From contig JAZDOH010000030.1 in assembly GCA_043798815.1 (NCBI GenBank), positions 1-30,620 of the forward strand: DNA of 30,620 bases. Direction: 5' to 3'. Below are positions 8,896 through 18,100 of this stretch, piece by piece. How positions within the stretch are numbered: the first letter of the stretch is position 1; every line of letters starts with the position of its first letter. A program made the position numbers and the translations under genes. The notes under the pieces were generated by a model. That model saw only the letters and a list, made by a program, of their open reading frames with translations, did no database searches and had not been told where the DNA came from. This DNA comes from Candidatus Peregrinibacteria bacterium (lineage in GTDB: Bacteria > Patescibacteriota > Gracilibacteria > UM-FILTER-43-11).

Positions 8896-10014
8896 ATGGA
8901 TCACGTTAACTACTCATCATTGGATCAGGCGAAAAACGCGTTCATCGCCGCGAGCAAAAAGACGGTGCGTTTTGCGGCAAAATTCGGCTTCATGCCGCCT
9001 TCCGGATTCGGAGCCAGCGCGAATGTGTTTAATTTAGATTTACGGCCGTTTGTAAAAGCAGGCGCACAACATCTCCACATCACATTACTCCCCGAGGGGT
9101 TGGGTACGTCGGATGACGCGCGGCCGGACGATCTTTCGGATTCGGAGCTCACGCGCTTTTGGCACAACATCGGACTCAAAACCGTGGCGGTGATGACAAA
9201 CGACGCGGCGAGCACGGGGATGCAGACGGTTTTGATCAGCTTGTATTTGCCGTCGAGCACGCCGGAACTCGTTTTCAATAAAACTTTCATGAAAGGGTTT
9301 CTCGATGGTTTTGTAAAAGGGTGCCGCACGGTGGGGTGCGTTTATTTTTCCGGCGAAACCCCTCAACTCAAAACTAAAATTTATCCGGGTCGGCTCGACA
9401 TTGCGGGAGCTTTGTTCGGCCTAATGCCAGCTGGAATGCCTCCGTTGGATGGTCAAAATTTGGGAGCGGGGGATCGTATCGTTTTTATTCAAAGCTCCGG
9501 TCCGCACGACAACGGATTCACTTCACTCCGTGAACTCGCGGAACAATTGCCTCAGGGGTATCACATGCGCCTTGCGGATGGCCGTGAATACTGGCAGGCA
9601 ATCAACGAGCCGACGATTTTATATACTCCGCTCATTCAATCTCTTTTGCGCGCAGGGGTTCGGCCAACGAACGTGGAACCCATCAGCGGCCACGGCTGGC
9701 AAAAACTGATGCGGAGTAAAAAACCTCTCCGCTATGTCATCCACAAAGTGCTGCCCGTGCCGGAAGTATTTAAGTTCGTTCAGGAGCATACGGGTGCCTC
9801 GCGGGAAGAAATGATTAAAATCTTCAACTACGGCGTCGGCCTGGCCGTGTTTACAAAAAACGACCACGATGCTCGCCAAGTTGTCCAAATTGCCCGTAAA
9901 CTCAAGCTGAACGCCGTGGTGGCCGGGGAAGTGAAGAAATCAGCTAAGCGCGAAGTGGTTGTGGAGCCGTGGCAAATCACTCTGAGTGGAGAATCCTTTA
10001 AATTAAAACAATAA
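8896..10014 (+). CDS. purM: Phosphoribosylformylglycinamidine cyclo-ligase (AIR synthase), divergent
   Basis: Motifs EGLGT, NDAAS, GETPQL, DIAGA, SSGPHDNGFTSLR, ISGHGW and FNYGVG. Confidence 0.8.
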   Translation: MDHVNYSSLDQAKNAFIAASKKTVRFAAKFGFMPPSGFGASANVFNLDLRPFVKAGAQHLHITLLPEGLGTSDDARPDDLSDSELTRFWHNIGLKTVAVMTNDAASTGMQTVLISLYLPSSTPELVFNKTFMKGFLDGFVKGCRTVGCVYFSGETPQLKTKIYPGRLDIAGALFGLMPAGMPPLDGQNLGAGDRIVFIQSSGPHDNGFTSLRELAEQLPQGYHMRLADGREYWQAINEPTILYTPLIQSLLRAGVRPTNVEPISGHGWQKLMRSKKPLRYVIHKVLPVPEVFKFVQEHTGASREEMIKIFNYGVGLAVFTKNDHDARQVVQIARKLKLNAVVAGEVKKSAKREVVVEPWQITLSGESFKLKQ

Positions 10015-10023
10015 TGACCATCG

Positions 10024-10605
10024 TTAATAGCGTTGGCATTCTACCCATCGTTTATTTGAAGTATTTTCAGGAGAAGCGATAATGAAACCGACCCGTTCCA
10101 GCGGGCTTTGGATTTTTTGAGGTCGGGGCGGGTAGATCAGCGCGTAAATTTGAGTCGTGCGCGGGCTTTTGTGCCCCATCAGGTTTTGGATCACTTTCAA
10201 ATCGATGCCATTTTCCGCCAAATGAGCCGCAAAACTGTGTCGCAGCACTTGAAAACGAATTGTTTTTGCAAGGCCGGTTTGCCGAAGTGCGCGCCGAAAA
10301 ATCCGTTGTACGTTTTTTTCGGAAAAAGGCCGTTGTCGGCGGTTGATGAAAACCTGGTCGTCCGGCGGACGGTTCAGTGCTCGCCGCCACAAAGCAATTT
10401 TCAGTTTATGCGGCAGCAGCGTGTTCCGTTCGTCCAGGCGGATCAGCTGTTCCTGGAAATCAATATTTTCGATTTTCAGGGCGACTATTTCCTTTATTTT
10501 TAAACCAGCTCCATAGGCAAGAGCCACCATGGCTTGATGGGTTGGATTTTTAATTCCGTGCAGCAGACGCGCAATTTCCTCGGGCGCCAGGATCACTGGT
10601 TGCAT
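10024..10605 (-). CDS. Short tyrosine recombinase (XerD/integron-integrase-like catalytic domain only) with degenerate catalytic residues
   Basis: Motifs PVILAPEEI, LAYGAGLKIKEI, QVLRHSFAAHLAENG, IQNLMGHKSPRTTQIY and IQSPLE. There is no N-terminal core-binding domain. The ATG at 10605 is preceded by a T-tract. Confidence 0.88.
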   Translation of the reverse strand: MQPVILAPEEIARLLHGIKNPTHQAMVALAYGAGLKIKEIVALKIENIDFQEQLIRLDERNTLLPHKLKIALWRRALNRPPDDQVFINRRQRPFSEKNVQRIFRRALRQTGLAKTIRFQVLRHSFAAHLAENGIDLKVIQNLMGHKSPRTTQIYALIYPPRPQKIQSPLERVGFIIASPENTSNKRWVECQRY

Positions 10606-10740
10606 AAAATTCGTTTGAATACAAAAGACAAACGGCAAGTTAACATAAGTGTGGCGATTGGCGCAAGTTTTTTTGGTGAGCCTTCGGCTTGGCGCCTGCC
10701 CGTGCCGGCCATTGGTCTTCCTCTTTGCGGTGCGTTTTCA

Positions 10741-10941
10741 GCACTTTTTGAAAATGTCCCCCTTTTTAGCAGGTTTTGGTACAAAAAGGGACACTTTTTT
10801 TTGACATTGCTAGCAATCTATTTTTTTTAATGAATTGCGCACAGAAACCAGTTATATAAAATACATGTTTTCCTTTTGGGGCTATCGCCCCAACTCTAAA
10901 AAAGAATCCGATTTTGTTTTTTATTTATTTTTAGAGGGGAA
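10741..10941 (+). repeat. Intergenic repeat family, copy 1 (left inverted repeat of cassette 1)
   Basis: Colinear with the reverse complement of 13203-13415. Shared blocks are 10783-10796 vs 13361-13374 (14/14), 10862-10876 vs 13277-13291 (15/15), 10894-10921 vs 13230-13257 (27/28) and 10932-10941 vs 13203-13212 (10/10). Confidence 0.93.
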
Positions 10942-10987
10942 ATAAGGTGTCTTCTCCGCTGCGCTCCGAAAACGGTTTATTTATAAA

Positions 10988-11017
10988 TTGAATAAAAAAG
11001 AGTAATGCCTATATAAT
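10988..11017 (+). promoter_or_regulatory. Putative sigma70 promoter of the cargo gene
   Basis: TTGAAT at 10988-10993, 18 nt spacer, TATAAT at 11012-11017. Confidence 0.45.
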
Positions 11018-11043
11018 ACAAACAGTTTTTAAAAAATGAAATT

Positions 11044-13164
11044 ATGAACAGACAGCCTAAACCGGATTCAAAGAAATATACAGATTTGATCTCTGAAATT
11101 CAAAAAGGTTATATCAAAGTCCCTAAATTTCAGAGAAATTTTGTTTGGAGTCTGGATAAAACAGCAAAACTATTAGACAGTATCCTAAAGGGCTATCCTA
11201 TCGGAACATTTATTTTATGGGAAACCAACGAAAGGTTAAACGACATTAAGAATATTGGTAACCTTGAGCTTCCAGCAGTTCCAGATGACACCAAAGTCCA
11301 GTATGTTTTAGATGGTCAACAGCGCATTACTTCTCTTTATGCAGCTTTTAAGGGCGCACAAATTCAAAAGGATGGTGAAAAGAAAATTACAGATTATGCG
11401 AATATTTTTGTGGATCTAGAAGGAGATGTCGACAATAATGATGAGCAGATTGTTGTTTCGGAGAAACCCGAAGGTATTTTTATCTCACTTCATGAAATAC
11501 TTAATTTCAGTGATCATCTACTCGAAATAAAAGAAAAATATTCCAATGAACAATTTACTAAAATACACCTATACTCTCAAGCATTTTCAACATACGATTT
11601 CTCAACAATTATTCTTCGTAAAGAAGATATAGATTCTGCTATTGAAGTTTTTACAAGAATTAATACAGGAGGACAAACACTAACATTGTTTGAAATCATG
11701 TCTGCAAAAACTTACGATGAAGAACAAGATTTTGATATGGAGGATGAATTCCAAAAGTTGATGGAAGAATTGACGGAACGAAAATATAACAGCATCTCCA
11801 GTTCCGTTATTTTAAGTATTTTGTCCCTTGTTTTAAGCAAAAACAAAGAATGTAAAAGAAAAACGATTTTACAACTTGAAAAGCAAAAAATTATTGAAGC
11901 CTGGAATGATGTAATTTCCGCATTAAAGGAAAGTATAGATTATTTTCGTTTCGTCTACCGTATTCCTGTTTCCGCTATTTTGCCCTATGATTCGCTTTTA
12001 GTACCTTTTGCTTATTTTTTCTACTACCAAAAAGAGAGACCAAAAGGCGAGCAAATAAAATATTTAGAAGAATTTTTTTGGAGAGTTTCTCTTTCTTCGC
12101 GATATTCTAGTTCAACCGAATCAAAATTAGCACAGGACATAAAACGAATTGATGAAATTTTGAAAAATAATCGTCCAAACTATGATGATGTTAAGGTATT
12201 TTTAAACTCCCCTAAGGATCTGATAGAAACTAACTTTAGTGCAGGAAGCAGCTATTGTAAGGCTATTTTATGTTTATTAGCATATCACGAACCAAAAGAT
12301 TTACGGGACAATGGAAGAGTCATTTTAGACAATTCGTGGCTAAAGATTGCGAACAGCAAAAATTTTCATCATTTTTTTCCTAAGGCATATTTGAAGAAGC
12401 TTAATATTGGAAATGGAAATAGCTTAGTTAATATTACTTTAGTAGGGGCGGACTTAAATAAACGAAAAATTAAAGCAAAAGCTCCGTCAATCTACATCCA
12501 GGAATTCTTAGATGAAAACGACGAATTGCCTACAGCATTAAAATCGCACTTGATAAACGGATTAGAAGAATTTGGAATTCAGAGCGATGATTATCTGGTT
12601 TTCTTAGAAAAACGAGCTGACATAATGTTCAAGGAGCTTAAAGATCGAATCGAACTTAAGCGCAAGGAAGACAGGAAGGAGGATGAATTAAGAGAAATAA
12701 TCCTAAGTCTTGAGAATGAGATATTAGAAAAAAAATCAACATTGAGATTTGATTTACGAGAAGGAAATATTAACAAGAAATTAGAGTACGTTATTGCCAA
12801 AACTATTTCCGCTTTCTTGAATAGCGAGGGTGGGACTCTCATCATCGGAGTTGATGATAACGGGAATATATTAGGGCTTGAAAAAGACATTCAGACTCTT
12901 GAAAAGCAAAATTTAGATGGGTTTTCATTGCACTTAAGACAGGTAGTAAAGAAATATTTGGGAGAAAATTACGAAAACTATTTAAAGATTTCTTTCCCAA
13001 AAATTGAAAATAAGGAAATATGCGTTATCAAAATATCAAAAAGCGGAAAACCAGTTTTTGTAAATATTGAAGGTGACAAAGAATTTTTTGTTCGCAACGG
13101 CGGATCTTCTATCCCTAAAAATAGACAAGAACAAAGCGAATACGAAAAACTACATTGGAATTAA
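11044..13164 (+). CDS. DUF262 (GmrSD/ParB-like) + HNH-like (DUF1524-type) + Schlafen/AlbA_2 fusion protein; candidate defence nuclease
   Basis: DUF262 motifs VPKFQRNFVW, VLDGQQRITSL and FTRINTGG. HNH-like NFHHFFPK...NSLVNITL...LN. AlbA_2 motifs ENEILEKKS, ISAFLNSEGGTLIIGVDDNG and FFVRNG. Confidence 0.85.
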   Translation: MNRQPKPDSKKYTDLISEIQKGYIKVPKFQRNFVWSLDKTAKLLDSILKGYPIGTFILWETNERLNDIKNIGNLELPAVPDDTKVQYVLDGQQRITSLYAAFKGAQIQKDGEKKITDYANIFVDLEGDVDNNDEQIVVSEKPEGIFISLHEILNFSDHLLEIKEKYSNEQFTKIHLYSQAFSTYDFSTIILRKEDIDSAIEVFTRINTGGQTLTLFEIMSAKTYDEEQDFDMEDEFQKLMEELTERKYNSISSSVILSILSLVLSKNKECKRKTILQLEKQKIIEAWNDVISALKESIDYFRFVYRIPVSAILPYDSLLVPFAYFFYYQKERPKGEQIKYLEEFFWRVSLSSRYSSSTESKLAQDIKRIDEILKNNRPNYDDVKVFLNSPKDLIETNFSAGSSYCKAILCLLAYHEPKDLRDNGRVILDNSWLKIANSKNFHHFFPKAYLKKLNIGNGNSLVNITLVGADLNKRKIKAKAPSIYIQEFLDENDELPTALKSHLINGLEEFGIQSDDYLVFLEKRADIMFKELKDRIELKRKEDRKEDELREIILSLENEILEKKSTLRFDLREGNINKKLEYVIAKTISAFLNSEGGTLIIGVDDNGNILGLEKDIQTLEKQNLDGFSLHLRQVVKKYLGENYENYLKISFPKIENKEICVIKISKSGKPVFVNIEGDKEFFVRNGGSSIPKNRQEQSEYEKLHWN

Positions 13165-13202
13165 AATAAGGTGTTTTAGGCATCGAGTATTCACCCCTTT
13201 GA

Positions 13203-13452
13203 TTCCCCTCTACCCTTCGTCAAAAACGGAAAAACAAAATCGGATTCTTTCTTAGAGCGATCCGCCTAAGCGGATTAAAGGAAAACATGTACTTCATATA
13301 ACTGATCCAGTGTGCGCAGTTTTGTTTTTTGCGCGTAGTTTTCCTGCGAACGTCAAATTGAAGTGTCCCTTTTTTGCAGGAAATGACATCTAAAAAGGAC
13401 ATTTTTGAAAAGTGCCCTTGAGGTGCCCCGGGGGAGTGTTCTATTTTTGGCG
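13203..13452 (-). repeat. Intergenic repeat family, copy 2 (right inverted repeat of cassette 1)
   Basis: Inverted match to copy 1. Direct match to copy 5 (13351-13380 vs 25220-25249, 29/30) and to copy 3 (13404-13452 vs 24348-24396, 44/49). Confidence 0.93.
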
Positions 13453-13512
13453 CACCGGCTGGCGAACTGGCAGGCACACCTACCGACGCACCAGCCTATA
13501 ACCAATTACTTT

Positions 13513-14574
13513 ATGGATGAATATCTTTACCTTTGGGCCCAATGGGGCGCCGCGGAAACGGCGGAACAATACCGGCAACTCAAGGAAACTTTTGGAGATC
13601 TTGAACGTGCGTGGAAAGAAATAACTCCGGCGTTTTTTACGCCTTACAATTATGGCGCCGAAAAACTCCAACGCCTTTTTGAAATTCGCCGTTGCCTGGA
13701 TTTCCAGCAAATCACGCAAGATTTGGCACGGTTCAAAACCACTCTTTTTTGCATTGATGAACCCAGTTACCCGGAATGTCTTAAAAACATTCCCGATGCC
13801 CCCCCTTTTCTTTTTGTGCGCGGCCAACTGCCCCCGCTACACAAGGCCTTTGCCGTGGTGGGTACGCGCAAAATGTCCGCTTATGGCCGTCACGCTACGG
13901 AAGTCCTTGTAGCCGATCTTGTCCGCAATGGGTTTGTCATCGTCAGCGGTTTGGCCAATGGAGTGGATGACTGCGCGCACGTAACCACCCTTGAATACCA
14001 TGGCACCACTGTTGCGGTGCTCGGCTGCGGCGTGGATTTGATTTATCCCGCCAGTAACGAACGACTGGGGGAACAAATTTTGCGGCAGGGCGGAGCCATC
14101 GTGAGCGAATTCCCTTTGGGAACGCCTGCCATGAAATATCATTTTCCCCGACGCAATCGCATCATTTCCGGCCTCAGCCGCGGGGTACTCGTCATTGAAG
14201 GCGGTATGAAATCGGGGGCAAAAATCACAGCTGAAAAGGCGGTTGAACAAGGCCGTAATGTTTTTGCCGTCCCCGCTCCTTTAAGCGGAGAACTTTCCTG
14301 CGCCAATTACCTCATCCAGCAGGGGGCGGCGCTCGTGCAAAGCGCGCAAGATATTCTGGGTCATTACCAAATGCAAGGCCTTGATTTCCACCAAACCGTG
14401 GAACTCACTCCCGAAGAACAGGAAATCATGAATCACATTTCCCAGGGCGGAAAAACAATGGACGAATTGGTTGTGAGCACCCCCTACAGCATCCCGCAGC
14501 TCTCCGAAATTCTCCTCGTGCTTTGCCTTAAAAAGCAGCTTCGCGAAATGGGAAACAAATGGGTTTTGATTTAA
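13513..14574 (+). CDS. dprA: DNA-processing protein DprA/Smf
   Basis: Motifs YPECLKNIPDAPPFLFVRG, AVVGTRKMSAYG, IVSGLANGVD, SEFP, FPRRNRIISGLS and SGAKITA, plus a C-terminal winged helix. The ORF-track extension to 13405 is translated repeat. Confidence 0.96.
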   Translation: MDEYLYLWAQWGAAETAEQYRQLKETFGDLERAWKEITPAFFTPYNYGAEKLQRLFEIRRCLDFQQITQDLARFKTTLFCIDEPSYPECLKNIPDAPPFLFVRGQLPPLHKAFAVVGTRKMSAYGRHATEVLVADLVRNGFVIVSGLANGVDDCAHVTTLEYHGTTVAVLGCGVDLIYPASNERLGEQILRQGGAIVSEFPLGTPAMKYHFPRRNRIISGLSRGVLVIEGGMKSGAKITAEKAVEQGRNVFAVPAPLSGELSCANYLIQQGAALVQSAQDILGHYQMQGLDFHQTVELTPEEQEIMNHISQGGKTMDELVVSTPYSIPQLSEILLVLCLKKQLREMGNKWVLI

Positions 14575-14604
14575 ACCGGTTTTGCGTTATGATGACCCCT
14601 TCCT

Positions 14605-15003
14605 ATGTTTGATCTAATCTTTACCCCACTTCGCCGGGTTCTCATTATGTTCTTGCTGATTGTTCATGCAACCATGGTATTTTTTGTGATGCAGCGTTTT
14701 GAAAAAGCCGAAGTGCGCGCTTTTTTTACAGAAACATTTGTTTCACCGTCTTCCTCGCAGGTCATTTCGGCTAAAAAACCCAAGATTCCTTTTCTCATCG
14801 ATCAGCCTGCCACGTCGGAACAACCCAACACAAAGGCCGGAGACACAATGACGTTTAAATCCAATCAGCCGGCTCAATGGCGAGTGGATCACGAATGGGT
14901 TGGCGAAGGTAAAAAGGCATTTTGGTCTGCGACTTTGGGGCGACACGTCGTCCAGGCGTTTCACAATGGCGAAGAGCAAAGAATAATTATAGAAGTACAA
15001 TAA
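14605..15003 (+). CDS. Membrane-anchored hypothetical protein with a small C-terminal beta domain
   Basis: One N-terminal TM helix. The C-terminal WRVDHEWVG...W...GRHVVQA...RIIIEV resembles the Ig-like tail of PBP1C-type proteins (tentative). Confidence 0.65.
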   Translation: MFDLIFTPLRRVLIMFLLIVHATMVFFVMQRFEKAEVRAFFTETFVSPSSSQVISAKKPKIPFLIDQPATSEQPNTKAGDTMTFKSNQPAQWRVDHEWVGEGKKAFWSATLGRHVVQAFHNGEEQRIIIEVQ

Positions 15004-15030
15004 TTTATTCTATCTGTCCATCTATTTTTT

Positions 15031-15058
15031 TTGCCTTTGTAGACATGCTGTCTATAAT
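15031..15058 (+). promoter_or_regulatory. Putative rpoB promoter
   Basis: TTGCCT, 16 nt spacer, TATAAT. It overlaps the dyad TAGACA-TGC-TGTCTA (15040-15054). Confidence 0.55.
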
Positions 15059-15141
15059 AGCTTGGATTCTGACAGCGTCCTTCTGATTGTGTTGTGGATG
15101 AACGGACATCTCTTTTTTATCTCGTTCACCCTTTTTTCTTT

Positions 15142-18100
15142 ATGGTCACTGCCACCAAAACGCCCGGCCTACCGGCGGGCAAAAAGACGCCCATCATGTC
15201 ACTCAAGCCAACCAAGATTGTACATGGGCGCCATTATTTTAATGAGCAGGAAGAATTTCGTCTTCCCCCGCTCATTGAAGTCCAACTGAGTTCTTATCAG
15301 TGGTTTTTGACAGACGGTCTTAAAGAATTACTAGAAGAAGTATCGCCCATTGCGGATTTTTCCAATAAAAAAATGGAACTCCATTTTTTGACCCACTCTT
15401 TGGATAAACCGAAATACGATCCCATCACGGCCAAGCGAAAAAATCTCACGTATGAAGCTTCGCTGAAAGCCCATGTTCAGCTCATCAATAAGGAAAGCGG
15501 GGAAATCAAAGAGCAAGATGTCTTTTTGGGCTCCATCCCTTTGATGACGGACAAAGGCACATTCATCGTCAACGGCATTGAGCGGGTGGTGGTGAACCAA
15601 ATCGTGCGCAGCCCCGGGGTGTTTTATTCCCGCAACTCCAGCACCCCCGGGTTTTTTAACGCCAAAATCATCCCCAAACGCGGCGCCTGGTTGGAATTGG
15701 AAACGGATAAAAAAGGCATTCTCACCGTTAAAATTGATCGAAAGCGCAAAATTCCCGCCACCCAATTACTTCGCATTTTCGGTCATCACAAAGACAGCGA
15801 CATTCTCGATTTATTCAAGGATGTGAATGTGAATCTCAACAACGATTTCATTCAGAATACCCTTGAAAAAGATCCCGCGCGCACCGTGGATGAAGCGTAT
15901 CAAAGCATTTATCGCAAAATCCGTCCGGGCGACTTGGCCACTCCTGAAAACGCCAAACAGCTCATCGAAACCTTGTTTTTTGATTTCAAACGTTATGACA
16001 TGGGTCCCATCGCCCGCTACAAATTGAACCGGCGCTTTGGCACCAACATTCCCGATGACATGAAACACCGCGTATTTCAGGTGCAGGATTTCGTGAACAT
16101 CGTCAAAGGGTTGATCGAACTGAACAACGGTGAAGGGGGCGAAGACGACATTGACCACTTGAGCAATCGCCGCATCCGTTCTGTGGGGGAATTGGTTCAA
16201 AACAAATTCCGCATGGGATTGCTCCGCACCGATCGCATCGCCAAGGATCGCATGACCATCATGGATTTGGAAACCGTCACCCCCACACAACTCATCAACT
16301 GCCGACCCATCACGGCGGCGCTGCGGGAATTTTTTGCTTCCTCCCAGCTCTCGCAATTCATGGATCAAACCAATCCGCTCTCCGAGCTTTCCCACAAACG
16401 GCGCATCTCGGCCATGGGTCCGGGCGGGCTTTCCCGCGAGCGTGCTTCTTTTGACGTTCGCGACGTGCATACTTCCCATTACGGCCGCATTTGTCCGATT
16501 GCCACTCCGGAAGGTCCCAACATTGGATTGGTGGTGCATTTGGCCGCTTATGCCCGTGTGAATCCTTACGGATTTGTAGAAACCCCTTATCGAAAAGTGG
16601 CTCATCACGTTGACCTTAAAGCGGAAGAACTGACGGGACGCATTGCCGACGAAGAAGTGAAAGACGGCCGCAAGACTGTAGTGAAAGCAGGCGAGGTGAT
16701 TACCCGCGCCCAGGCGGCTAAAATCGTGCAAATCAAAAAGAAAGTGGCCAAGCCGCCGGTGGTTGTTTTGGAACACCCCATGGCTCGCCAACTCGTAAAC
16801 AAGGTCGCCGCCCAGGACATCAAAGTTAATCGCAAGGTGTTGGTCAAAAAAGGAGAAGTGATTGATGAATTCACTGCGCGTGCGATTGCCGCGGATAAAA
16901 AATTGATTGAAGTGAAAGTGCAGGATCAACCGGAAAACCGCGTGCGTGTGCGCGCGTACCTCACGGAAGACGTTCAATATTACGATGCGGACGCGGAACG
17001 GAGCTTCGTGATTTCTGAAGGTAATGCTGTGCTGAATGAAAAAAAGGAATTCACGGATACCCGCGTGGCGGCTCGTCGAAATGGCGAACCATCGCTGGTG
17101 CACGTGCGCGACATCACTCACATCGACATTTCCCCCAAACAAATCATCTCGGTCACCACAGCGCTCATTCCGTTTTTGGAACACGATGACAACACTCGCG
17201 CTTCCATGGGCAGCAACATGCAACGCCAGGCGGTATCCCTAATTCGTCCCACCACTCCCATCGTAGGAACGGGGATGGAACATGTGGCGGCTGAAAGTTC
17301 CGGCCAAGCCATTACGGCCCGTCTGAAAGGCGAGGTGCTCCAGGCCGATGCCACCGAAATTGTGGTCAGTTACGCGGATGGTAAAAAAGAAACCTATCCC
17401 ATTTTCAATTTCCAGCGCTCGAACCAGGCTACCTCCATTCACATGCGCCCAGCGGTAAAGAAGGGCGACAAACTACAAAAAGGCGATGTGCTCATAAATG
17501 GCGCGGCGGTGGATAAAGGGGAATTGGCGCTCGGGCAAAATCTGCTCGTCGCCTATTTGCCCTGGGGCGGTTACAACTATGAAGACGCCATCATCATCTC
17601 CGATCGATTGGTGCGTGAAGGGTTTTACGACTCCATTCACATCGAAGCCTTCAGTTTGGATGTGCGCGATACTAAACTCGGACCCGAAATCGTGACGCGT
17701 GACATCCCCAATGTCGGCGAGGCGCGCCTGAAAGATCTAGATGTGGATGGCATTGTGCGCATTGGCGCAACCGTCCGTGAAGGCGACATTCTCGCAGGTA
17801 AAATCACACCCAAAGGCGAAACAGAACTCACAGCGGAAGAACGCTTACTCCAATCCATTTTCGGCGACAAAGCCAAAGACGTCAAAGACACATCGCTCCG
17901 CCTTCCCGGAGGCGAAGGGGGTAAGGTGGTGGATGTCCAGATTTTCACCCGCCAGGAAGGCGATGAACTGCCAACGGGTGTCATCCGCCAAATCAAAGTG
18001 TACGTGGCTCAAACCCGCAAGATCCAGGTGGGTGATAAAATGGCCGGCCGGCACGGAAACAAAGGGGTCATTTCCCGCGTTGTGGCTCAGGAAGACATGC

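Larger units (their letters stand above)
10741..13452. mobile_element. Candidate inverted-repeat-bounded gene cassette 1
   Basis: An AT-rich single cargo gene lies between about 200-bp imperfect inverted repeats and is adjacent to a tyrosine recombinase gene. Mobility is inferred, not shown. Confidence 0.6.

Noticed and set aside
8031-10640. tRNA-anchored genomic island from tRNA-Arg to the recombinase
   Set aside because: The duplicated tRNA end is only 18 nt from the tRNA on the opposite side, and the intervening genes (ftsE, purM) look native.
10015-13200. Classical integron (IntI + attI + attC cassette)
   Set aside because: The recombinase lacks the N-terminal domain and the IntI-specific insertion. 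I found no clean RYYYAAC...GTTRRRY pair, and the flanking repeats are inverted rather than direct. Only attC-like GC loop motifs are present.
13220-13512. ORFs over the repeat copies (13220-13477 minus, the dprA extension from 13405, 10534-10830, 10593-10784, 24356-24570)
   Set aside because: These are translations of the non-coding repeat family and show no coding signature.
15040-15054. Dyad TAGACA-TGC-TGTCTA in the rpoB promoter as an operator
   Set aside because: It is a single occurrence with no second instance in the window, so it cannot be separated from chance.
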